Shown here in pieces: positions 1 to 9,965 of a stretch of 64,000 bases of DNA. The DNA comes from Isurus oxyrinchus. Taxonomy: Eukaryota. The stretch covers positions 2,170,001-2,234,000 of the forward strand of contig JANJGN010000052.1 in NCBI GenBank assembly GCA_026770705.1, written 5' to 3'. The stretch's first letter is position 1. Every line of letters begins with the position of its first letter. A program made the translations under genes and the position numbers. The notes beneath the pieces are model-generated. The model had not been told where the DNA came from, did not search any database, and saw nothing but the letters and a program-made list of their open reading frames with translations.

Positions 1-60
1 CTGTGTTTTTTTCATTCTGGGTGTCTCTCGACTCTGTCTGTCCCTCTCTGTCCTTTTATT

Positions 61-404
61 TCATTCTTTCATGTGATGTGGACATCACTGCTTAGGCCAG
101 CATTTATTGCCCAACCCTAATTGCCCTTGTTCAGAGGCCACTTTTTAAAAGTCAACCACATTGCTGTGGGTCTGGAGTCACATGTAGGCCAGACCAGGTA
201 AGGACAGCAGATTTCCCTCCCTAAAGGGCATTTGTGACCCAAATACAAGAATCGGCAATGGTTTCCTGGTCATCATCGGACTTTTAATTCCAGGTTTTTA
301 TTGAATTGAAATTCCACCAACTGCTGTGGTGGGATTCTAACCAGGGTCCCAGGAGCATTACGCTGGGTCTCTGGATTACTGGTCCAGTGAAAATACCATC
401 AGGC
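61..404 (-). mobile_element. tRNA-derived SINE with LINE-derived 3' tail
   Basis: Minus strand begins GGCCTGATGGTATTTTCACTGG...GGTTAGAATCCCACC (A/B-box-like). The tail (plus strand GGCCAGCATTTATTGCCC..CCTAATTGCCCTTG) matches LINE 3' ends at ~26660-26730 and ~62400-62460. Confidence 0.75.
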
Positions 405-554
405 CCCCTCCTCCCCACTCTTCCCTTCCACCATCTTTCACACTTGTTCTCTCTCTCTCTCACTCTCCTTCTCTCTGCCCCCTCTCTCAGTCTCTGTCTG
501 TCTCTCAATCTCTCTATCGCTCTCTATCTCCTGGAGGCTCTCTCTCTGACTGTC

Positions 555-1290
555 TCCCTCCCTATATCTGTAACCTCCTCTCTCTGTCCCTTTCCTCCAG
601 CCCCTACAACCCTCCCTATCTCTGTAACCTCCACCAGCCCCTACAATCCTCCCCATCTCTGTAACCTCCTCCACCTCCCACAACCCTCCCTATATCTGTA
701 ACCTCCTCCACAAGCCCATACAATCCTCCCTATCCCTGTAACAACCTCCAGCCCGACAACACCCCTATACATGTCACCTCCTCTAGCCACTGTAACCCTA
801 ATAATCTCCCAAGCCTCCACCAGCCTTGACAATCCTGCCCATCTCTGTAAAATCCTCCAAACACCACAACCCTCCCTATTTCTGTAATCTCTTCCAGTCC
901 CTACAACCCTCCCTATCTCTACAACCTGCTCCACCCCCTGCAACTCGCCCTATCTCTGTGTCATCCTCCAGCCCCTACAACCCTCCCTATACCTGTAACC
1001 TCCTCCAGCCCCTACAACCCTCCCTATCTCTGGAACAGCTTCCAGCACCTACAACCCTCCCTATCTCTGTAACCTCCTCCAGCCCCTACAACACTCCCTA
1101 TCTCTGTAACCTCCTCCAGCCCCTACAACCCTCCCTATCTCTGTAACCTCCTCCAGCCCCTACAACACTCCTTTTCTCTGTAACCTCCTCCAGCCCCTAC
1201 AACCCTCCCTATCTCTGTAACCTCCTCCAGCCCCTACAACCCTCCCTATCTCTGTAACCTCCTCCAGCCCCTGTAACCCTCCCCATCTCT
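555..1290. repeat. ~37-bp minisatellite (TATCTCTGTAACCTCCTCCAGCCCCTACAACCCTCCC), L2-LINE derived
   Basis: Direct tandem copies; the same unit is expanded inside L2 fragments at 28435-28845 and, inverted, at 34860-35120. Confidence 0.9.
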
Positions 1291-1676
1291 TGAAGGGTTC
1301 TCAAAATTTCCAACTGTCAAGGAACCCTGGGTTGGTGAGCGTGACCCCTGACCTCTCCTAGTGCAATTTAGTTAGGGATGGGGGGTGGGACAAGGGTAAG
1401 GGCATTAGTAGCGTGATTCTCCCTCGTTATGCCGTGTGTTCCCCATTCTTAACTCAGTGTACTTTGTAAGTCTGTATAATCTCAGTGTCATCCTAATGTT
1501 AGAAGTTCATTTGTGACTTCAGTAAACTCAGTTTTTGTCTTGCACCAAAACCAGTTGTCTGCTGCACTTTGTGACAAGCCCCGAATAAGTCCAAGGTCTA
1601 GAACCCAGGGAGTGGGAGCGATTCAGACGGCTCAGAAGTCGCAGGTGAAGCTGACACACACCACCACACCCTACAA

Positions 1677-2005
1677 GGGGCTGAATGGCCTCCTCCTGTT
1701 CCTGTGTAATGGGCATCAGTGGCTGAATGGCCTCCTCCTGTTCCTGTATAACGGACATAAGTGGCAGAATGGCCTCCTCCTGTTTCTGTGTAACAGTCTT
1801 GAGGGGGCTGAATGGCCTCCTCCTGTTCCTGTGTAACAGTCTCGAGGGGGCTGAATGGGCCTCTTCCTGTTCCTGTGTAACAGGCTCGAGGGGACTGAAT
1901 GGCCTCCTCCTGTTCCTGTGTAACAGGCTTGAGGGGGCTGAATGGCCTTTTCCTGTATCTGTGTAACAGGCTCAATGGGCTGAATGGCCTCCTTCTGCTC
2001 TGTAA
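1677..2005. repeat. ~40-bp minisatellite (GGGCTGAATGGCCTCCTCCTGTTCCTGTGTAACAG..), CR1 3'-tail derived
   Basis: About 8 tandem units; the unit resembles the CR1 3' end at ~33915-33960 (CAAGGGGCCGAATGGCCTGCTCCTGTCCCTAT). Confidence 0.85.
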
Positions 2006-2014
2006 ACTTGTTGT

Positions 2015-2260
2015 GATACTGTAACTGCCTCTTTGGTTTCATTCAGCTGAATCTTCAGCTCTTCAGTCTCTTCCTTGTATCTCTTGCCTTCCTCCTGGAA
2101 CATTGGACATGGTTGGGTCTTCCCTGCCAACTGTTTCTTCAGTTTGCTCAGAGCGGCACAGAATTCGCTTTCTTTCTCTTCAGGATTTTCCAGTGGAACC
2201 AACTCTGACCTGAGGGACACTTGCAGCCTGTGAGGATGCTTCAATTCTTCAAACTCATTC
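2015..2260 (-). pseudogene. Coiled-coil fragment resembling UACA/ankycorbin-family proteins
   Basis: LQVSLRSELVPLENPEEKESEFCAALSKLKKQLAGKTQ..EEGKRYKEETEELK is heptad-like and resembles the UACA coiled coil as recalled from memory; not database-verified. Confidence 0.4.
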
Positions 2261-2289
2261 CGAGATACACTCTCATATTCCCCCAGCAA

Positions 2290-2938
2290 CTCAGCAACTC
2301 CTCCAGTGAAACATTTCAGAGCAGCTGAGCTTGGTTTTCTGGAACCAGTCTCGGCCCAGAAGACTAGGGCCCTCACCTGTCGCTATGATCACTGGAAGCT
2401 GGGCTGTCTGCTGCCTGTAGGACACAGGTACTGGGATGAGGTCCTTTCCCTGTATGGATTCTCCAGTGTGTGTCTTCAGCTGATCCATTGTTGGCTCTAA
2501 ATTCAGCGTCTGGGTTCCTTCATTTAGCTGTTTAAATGTGGGCTCTTCCACCACTGTGTCTGAGGCTCCCGTATCTGCCCCATTACTAGTGGCTGCCCAT
2601 TTACTTGGGTTGTGATGGTTATAGGTTCAGTTTTTACCACTGTGACATTGGACAGGGAATAGACATCGGTATCAGCAGCTTCAGGCTCTGTGATATTATT
2701 CACTTCCATCATGTTGGTGCACTGCCTGGTGGGCTGTCTCGATTTCACCCTGCATTGCTTTATTACCCACCCCTTTCTTGTGGCAGTGATGGCATTCTGC
2801 CCCCTTGAACCTGCAGGTGTCCAGTACGTGCTCAATGCCCCCCACATCGAGAACAGGCCAACTTCGGAGTTGCTGCTGAAATACTCCCACGAAGCCTTTT
2901 AGTTTCTGGAGCGGCAGAGACTGTCTCTCGCTTGGCGG

Positions 2939-2973
<35 letters not shown>

Positions 2974-3375
2974 GTTTGAGCCTCACGCCCGGTGGTTGGT
3001 TCCTGTCCCAGCTGAGGACTGGTGCCATGTTGTACATCCTGTAAATCCCGCCAGTCTCTCCCAGCACTTTCCATGCCTGGCGCTATTTCCATGGTGCGCT
3101 TCAAATCGATGTCGGCTTCTGCGAGTAAACGGCTCTGAATGGCGTTGGGGTGAACGACACAAACCAATCGGCCCCGCAACATGTCATTGAGTGTGTCTCC
3201 GAGGTCCCAGTGCTCAGTCACCTGCTTCCACTTCACTGTATAAGTTGTGATGGACTCTCCCTGGGCCCTTACTCTGGAGTTAAACTTAAACTTCTGCATT
3301 ATTACCCACGGCTTCAGCTGAAAACACATCTTCATGAGGTCGACTAATTGGTGAAAAGATTTAGAATTGGGTGCA
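2290..3375 (-). mobile_element. Degenerate Gypsy LTR-retrotransposon gag-protease remnant
   Basis: Gag-like KSFHQLVDLMK..KFKFNSRVRAQGESITTY..LNDMLRGRLVC..IQSRLLAE, zinc knuckles CSRCGGH and CHHCHKKG, protease end GPSLLGRDW; several frameshifts. Confidence 0.85.
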
Positions 3376-3662
3376 ATACACGTCACTGTCTTCAGCTCTG
3401 AGACTGTCAATCCTCACCAAACAATTCTTCCCTTCCAAGTCGCCGATTATTTTAGCACGTCCCACGAATGTGGCCACCCCATAATTGGGATCTTTGGTGT
3501 ATGTGATGGTATATTTCCATCTATACCAATATTTATACCAAGCTCCGTGCAGTGCTGTGTAAGAGTGGGAAGGAAAGTCAAAGCTACACGGAATAACCAC
3601 ACAAGAGCTGCTGATGGCCCTCCGAGGCAGCGCCTTCATAGACCATCCCTCTGACGTCACTC
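3376..3662 (-). pseudogene. Gene A: Siglec-like V-set exon truncated in strand F
   Basis: Acceptor cctttcag|GA (phase 1); VTSEGW..SSCVVIPCSFDFP..GAWYK..FVGRAKIIGDLEGKNCLVRIDSLRAEDSDVY then runs into gag and stops at 3361-3363; no FR motif, G strand or donor. Confidence 0.85.
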
Positions 3663-3737
3663 CTGAAAGGCAACAAGGGAGGGGACTGAACATCAAAAAG
3701 CAGAATATTACTTCAATGGAGAGAGTCTACAGAATGC

Positions 3738-4170
3738 GGTACAGAGGGATCTGGGTGTCCTTGTACATGAATCACAGAAAGTCAGCATTCAGGAACACCA
3801 CGGAATGAGGAAGGCAAGTGGAATGTTGGCCTTTATTGCAAAGGGATGGAGTATAAAAGGAGGGGAGTCTTGCTACAACTGTACAGGGCGTTGGTGAGAT
3901 TGTATCAGGAGCAGTGTGTACAGTTCTGGTCTCCTTACTTAGGGAGGGATAGACTCTGCATTGGAGGCAGTTCAGAGGAGGTTCACTGGGCTGATTCCTG
4001 GGATGAAGGGGGTTTGTCTTATGAGGAAATGTTGAGCAGGTTGGGCCCTGTATCCATTGGAGTTTAGAAGAATGAGAGGTGATCTTATTGAAACATATAA
4101 GATTCTGAGGTGGTGGGGGGTTTGACAGGGTGGATGCTGAGGGGATGTTACCCCTTGTGGGGGAATCCTG
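3738..4170 (+). mobile_element. CR1 LINE ORF2 C-terminal fragment
   Basis: MEYKRRGVLLQLYRALVRLYQEQCVQFWSPYL; close to the copy at 33260-33620. Confidence 0.85.
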
Positions 4171-4249
4171 TGAAGCAATAAGGATGTTTTACTGCATTAA
4201 AGGTGCTATATAAATGCACTGTCATTCCTATTGAAACAAGCTCTCTGAT

Positions 4250-4340
4250 GCACAAACAGAAAATGCTGGAAAAACTCAGCAGGTCTGACAGCATCTGTGG
4301 AGAGAGAAACAGAGTTGGTGTTTCGAGTCCGTATGAGGCT
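4250..4340 (-). mobile_element. Penelope-like terminal fragment
   Basis: Reverse complement CATACGGACTCGAAAC..CTCTCCACAGATGCTG matches the end of the Penelope copy at 30960-31012. Confidence 0.65.
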
Positions 4341-4482
4341 TTTGCTTTTGCTATATTCTCTGACTCGCTAATCACTCACTCTCTGTGTGATCACTAACCC
4401 TGTTCTCTAAAATTAAATGTTCACTTCCTCACTCCAGGAAAGAATCCAATTCCCTGCGTTCCGATCAGTAATGAATTTGTAC

Positions 4483-4528
4483 CTTGCAGCAAGCTGATGA
4501 AGATCAATATCAGACCGACCTCTCCCAT
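4483..4528 (-). CDS. Gene A signal-peptide exon (coding part) MGEVGLILIFISLLQG
   Basis: ATG at 4528, hydrophobic leader, phase-1 donor CAAG|GTACAA, acceptor ccatttag at 4543; joins in frame to the V exon at 3662. Confidence 0.75.
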
Positions 4529-4794
4529 CTTCAGTTCCTCATCTAAATGGAAAATGATAAAGACAGAGACTTTTTCATAAATTGTCCCCAGTGTTTCTTC
4601 CTCAAACAACAACAACTTGTGTTTAAATGGCACCTTTCAGGGAATTAAACAGCCCCAGGGAATTATCTAATGTCAAGACAAGGAAGGAGAGATTGAGAAG
4701 GGACATCGCAAACCGATTCACCAAACACGGCAAAAATTCATTGTTCCCTCACTCCCTGTGCTGGGTGTCCAGCTTTTTCTCTCAGTGAGTTTAG

Positions 4795-6700
4795 TCCTCA
4801 CAATCTCTATCTATCGCACTCTTCTGCTCTATCTCTCTCTCTCACACACACATTCTCTCTCTAACACTCACAATCTCTCTCTATCACACTCTTCTGCTCT
4901 ATCTCTCTCTCACACACACACCTTCTCTCTAACACTCACAATCTCTCTCTATCACACTCTTCTGCTCTATCTCTCTCTCTCACACGCACACATTCTCTCT
5001 CTAGCACTCACAATCTCTCTCTATCGCACTCTTCTGCTCTATCTCTCTCTCACACACACACCTTCTCTCTAACACTCACAATCTCTCTCTATCACACTCT
5101 TCTGCTCTATCTCTCTCTCTCTCACACACATTCTCTCTCTAACACTCACAATCTCTCTCTATCACACTCCTCTGCTCTATCTCTCTCTCACACACACACA
5201 CACACCTTCTCTCTAACACTCACAATCTCTCTCTATCACACTCTTCTGCTCTATCTCTCTCTCTCTCACACACATTCTCTCTCTAACACTCACAATCTCT
5301 CTCTATCACACTCTTCTGCTCTATCTCTCTCTCACACACACACATTCTCTCTCTAACAAGCACAATCTCTCTCTATCGCTCTCTTCTGCTCTCTCTCTCT
5401 CTCACAAACACACACATTCTCTCTCTAACACTCACAATCTCTCTCTATCGCACTCCTCTGCTCTATCTCTCTCTCTCTCACACACACACATTCTCTCTCT
5501 CTCACAAACACAATCTCTCTCTATCACACTCTTCTGCTCTATCTCTCTCTCTCACAAACACAATCTCTCTCTATCGCACTCTTCTGCTCTATCTCTCTCT
5601 CTCACACACACACATTCTCTCTCTAACACTCACAATCTCTCTCTATCGCACTCTTCTGCTCTATCTCTCTCTCTATCGCACACACATTCTCTCTCTAACA
5701 CTCACAATCTCTCTCTATCACACTCCTCTGCTCTATCTCTCTCTCACACACACACACTTTCTCTCTCTAACACTCACAATCTCTCTCTATCGCTCTCTTC
5801 TGCTCTCTCTCTCTCTCTCTCACACACACATTCTCTCTCTAACACTCACAATCTCTCTCTATCGCACTCTTCTGCTCTCTCTCTCTCTCTCTCACACACA
5901 CGTTCTCTCTATAACACTCAGTCTCTCTCTATCACTCTCTTCTGCTCTATCTCTCTCTCTCTCACACACACATTCTCTCTCTAACATTCACAGTCTCTCT
6001 CTATCACACTCTTCTGCTCTCTCTCTCTCTCTCACACACACACATTCTCTCTCTAACACTCACAATCTCTCTCTATCGCACTCTTCTGCTCTATCTCTCT
6101 CTCTCTCTCTTTCACACACACATATTCTCTCTCTAACACTCACAATCTCTCTCTATCGCACTCTTCTGCTCTATCTCTCTCTCACACACACACATACATT
6201 CTCTCTCCAACACTCACAATCTCTCTCTATCGCACTCTTCTGCTCTCTCTCTCTCTCACACACACACATTCTCTCTCTAACACTCACAATCTCTCTCTAT
6301 CACACTCCTCTGCTCTATCTCTCTCTCACACACACACTTTCTCTCTCTAACACTCACAATCTCTCTCTATCACACTCTTCTGCTCTCTCTCTGTCTCTCA
6401 CACACACACATTCTCTCTCTAACACTCACAATCTCTCTCTATCACACTCCTCTGCTCTCTCTCTCTCTCTCACACACACACATTCTCTCTCTAACACTCA
6501 CAATCTCTCTCTTTCACACTCCTCTGCTCTCTCTCTCTCTCTATCACACATGCATTCTCTCTCTAACACTCACAATCTCTCTCTATCACACTCCTCTGCT
6601 CTATCTCTCTCTCACACACACACACTTTCTCTCTCTAACACTCACAATCTCTCTCTATCGCACTCTTCTGCTCTATCTCTCTCTCTCTCACACACACATT
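4795..6700. repeat. ~70-bp compound CT/CA minisatellite
   Basis: Repeated CTAACACTCACAATCTCTCTCTATCACACTCTTCTGCTCTAT(CT)n(CA)nTT units. Confidence 0.95.
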
Positions 6701-7117
6701 CTCTCTGTCTCCCTCCCTCAAATACATTCTCTCTCTCTCTCTCAGACACAAACACTCTCTCACACACTCACACACTTTCCCTAAAACTAACACAATCTCT
6801 CTTTCTGTCAAGCACACACTCTCTCTCACACACACACACACACTCTCTCAGACACACACATTCTCTCTCTCACAAACATTTAACATTTCACTTCATCTCG
6901 CTCTTCTGCTGTCTCCCTCTTTCTCTCCCTCGCACACACACACACTCTCTGTCACAAACACACGCTCTCTCCCACACACTCTCTCTCACACACTCATTTG
7001 GGGGAAAATATATTTTCCCCCAAATGCAATTTCCAAAACAATTAAACCACGTTTGGTTGAGTCAAAGAAAGAGTAATTTTACTAGTTACCTAACTGGAGA
7101 AAAAGTAATAAAACTGT

Positions 7118-7535
7118 GACAAAACACACACAAACGTACACACGCTCACACACACAGGCACACACACACACCCATACACACACTCACACACCCATATACA
7201 CACACACACACACACACACTCATGCACACTGGCACACATGCATACACAATCAAACGCACACACGCACACACACACTCACACACACACACACACACACAGA
7301 CAGGTACACAGACACGCATAGTCATACACAAATGCACACACACAGAGACACACAGACAGGCTCACACACACACAGACAAACGCATGCACACACACACAAG
7401 CTCACACAGACAAGTACAAAGACACACTACGCATACACACAGACAGGCACAGACACACACACACACGCTCACACAGGAAGGCACACATACACACACACAT
7501 ACACAAACACACACACACTCACAAACACACACAGA
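7118..7535. repeat. Degenerate (CA)n microsatellite
   Basis: Direct reading. Confidence 0.9.
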
Positions 7536-8417
7536 TATCAGAGGTCATATAATTATAGAGTGCAATAAAAATTTAAAAGAGGATATGATTAAATTGTTTG
7601 CTTGTCTTTGAGGTGTAGGTTGTGAATGTTGAAGCTGTTTTAAATTAGTTGGTTAGCTCTAGAATCCTGTAGTTCATCTAGCTCAGACTTGGACGTGTTT
7701 GAAGACATTCTGTTAGCTTCAGACAGAGAGAGAGAGAAAGCGAAAGAGGGACAGAGAGAGAGAGAGAGAGAAGGAAAAATCATTTCTGTTCTTTTCTAGC
7801 AGGGTTTTTAGATGACTGCCATATTTCTTTTTCCCCTCCTTTTTCTTATAACTGCTTGGCAGAACCATTTGTTAAACTTCTGTCTGTATATTCCTGAGAG
7901 GGAATTCGATCAACATGTTTTACATTCATTGTTATAGTCCAAGTATTCCCATTTTTTATCTTTGCATCTCCAAAACATTTGATGCATTTCAAGATATAAA
8001 TCAACAAGAGACGGGGGTATTGCATCCTCCACAGGGGGTTTTGAATGGCTGATGATTATCCGCTTGGTGAGCAGTTCCCACTGTTTTGATAGAACTACAG
8101 CTGATCAAAGTCCAGCACTTTGCATTTTAATGCCTTCCTTTTAAGAGTGTTCCTGTTTGAAGTGGACCCTGACACAAGCCAGGCATGAACTTCCATGCAA
8201 CAGGTCTGCAGTGCAATTCATTTGAACCTTTCCAGAGAAGTGATCAACTTCACAGTATCAGCAATCAGATGACTTGTGTCAGCCATTTTTCATCTGAGTA
8301 CAATCTTGTATTTCTTTGAAAAACAGGTCACTTTCAGACAGTTCAATATATCTTTGGTCTGTTAGTTAAGTTGTAGGAAGCTCTTAATCGCAGTTTGCTG
8401 TTGTTGGGATATTGTCT

Positions 8418-8722
8418 TTGTGTGTGTTTTTGTGCATGTGTGTGTGAGTGTGTGAGTGAATGTGTGCATGTGAGAATGTGAGTGTGATTGTGTCTGTCTG
8501 TAAGTGTGTGAGCGTTTGTATGTGTGTTTGTGTATGTGTGTGTGCGTGTCTGTATGTGTGTGAGTGTGAGTGTGCGTGTATGTGTGTGTCTGTGTGCCTG
8601 TGTGTCTGTGTGTGTGAGTGAGTGTATGAGTATGTCTGTGTGTGTCTGTGTGTGTCTGTGTGTGCCTGTGTGTGTCTGTATGTGTGTGTGTCTTTGTGTG
8701 TGTTTGTGAGAGAGAGAGTGAG
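8418..8722. repeat. Degenerate (TG)n microsatellite
   Basis: Direct reading. Confidence 0.9.
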
Positions 8723-8779
8723 TGATTCACAGAGTGAAACCTCCCTGAGTGTGTCCGGTGTGTTTAACATTTAAGGCAC

Positions 8780-8890
8780 ACAGACAGGATGTGGTTAAAA
8801 GGTGAAACCACAAGGAGTGAGTGTGTATCCCAGTGACTGTCTCTCTGTGGGTTTCCTGTGGGTTTCTGTGAACTGCCTGTGGTTTTAAAA
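8780..8890. promoter_or_regulatory. Putative haematopoietic enhancer: ETS:RUNX composite plus extra RUNX/ETS sites
   Basis: ACAGGATGTGGT at 8784-8795, AAACCACA at 8805-8812, TTTCCTGT at ~8852, TGTGGTTT at 8878-8885; about 4.3 kb upstream of the gene A leader. Confidence 0.5.
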
Positions 8891-9179
8891 AGAATCTTCC
8901 AACCCCACATGCACGGCATCAAATAAGGAATTGGAAGCTGCAGCTCAGAGAGTAACTAGTCCCCCGAGAATTCACAGCCCCTCAAACACAGATTAACAGC
9001 ATTAATCCTGGCCGTCAGCCCACTCACTCATTGCCTCTTGTCTCAGACACTAGAAAGTGGAAGTTAAGGCCGGATTTTAACTCCCGGGTCGGGGGTCACA
9101 GAGACGGCAAAATTCACGGCTCCGCCAACACCACCTCTAAACATGTCAGTCCCAGATTCCGATGTGTGGTCCAGGGGTC

Positions 9180-9877
9180 GGGGGGTGTGGGTGGGTTGGT
9201 CATGGTGGTGGGGGTGGGGGTGAGGGTGGGGGTGGTGGTGGTGGTGGTGTTGGGGTGGTGGGGGTGGTGGTGTTGGGGGTGGTGGGGGTGGTGGTGTTGG
9301 GGGTGGTGGGGGTGGTGGTGGTGGTGGTGTTGGGGGTGGGGTGGATGGTGGTGTTGGGGGTAGTGGGGGTGGTGGTGTTGGGGGTGGGGGGGGGTGGAGG
9401 TGTTGGGGGTGTTGGGGGTGGGGTGGATGGTGGTAGGGGTGGGGGTGGGGTTGTTGGTGGGGGTGGGATGGGGTTCGGGGTGGGTGTGGAGGTGGTGGGG
9501 GTGGTGGGGGGGTGATGGGGGGTGTGGTTGGGGAAGGGGGTGGGTTGGGGGAGGGTGTGGTGGTGGTGGGGGTGGGGGAGGGGGTGGTGGTGTGGGGGTG
9601 GGGGAGGGGGTGATGGTGGTGTTGGGGGTGGAGGTGGGGTTGGTGGGGGTGGGGATGGAGGTGGGGTTCGGGGAGGTGGGGTTGGTGGGGGTGGGGATGG
9701 TGTTGGGTGTGGGGGAGGGTGTGGTGGTGGGGGTGGGGGAGGTAGGGTTGGTGGGGGTGGGGGAGGGAGTGGGAGTGGTGGTGGTGGTGAGGGTGGGGGA
9801 GGGTGTGGGGGTGGGGGTGGGGATGAGGGTGGGGAGGGGGTGGGGGAGGGGGGGTGGAGGTAGGGGTGGTGGGGGTG
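9180..9877 (+). repeat. G-rich low-complexity tract (GGGGT/GGT), G-quadruplex prone
   Basis: Dozens of G3-G6 runs separated by T/A. Confidence 0.9.
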
Positions 9878-9965
9878 CAGGTCAGGTCCCTCGGGCACCG
9901 ATAAAAAGCGGGGCCTTCAGAAAGGCCCATTTGAGAGGTGGGTGGTCAATGGTGAAGACCCTGTG

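Noticed and set aside
330-404. tRNA gene
   Set aside because: Degenerate A/B boxes attached to a SINE body and LINE tail; no credible cloverleaf.
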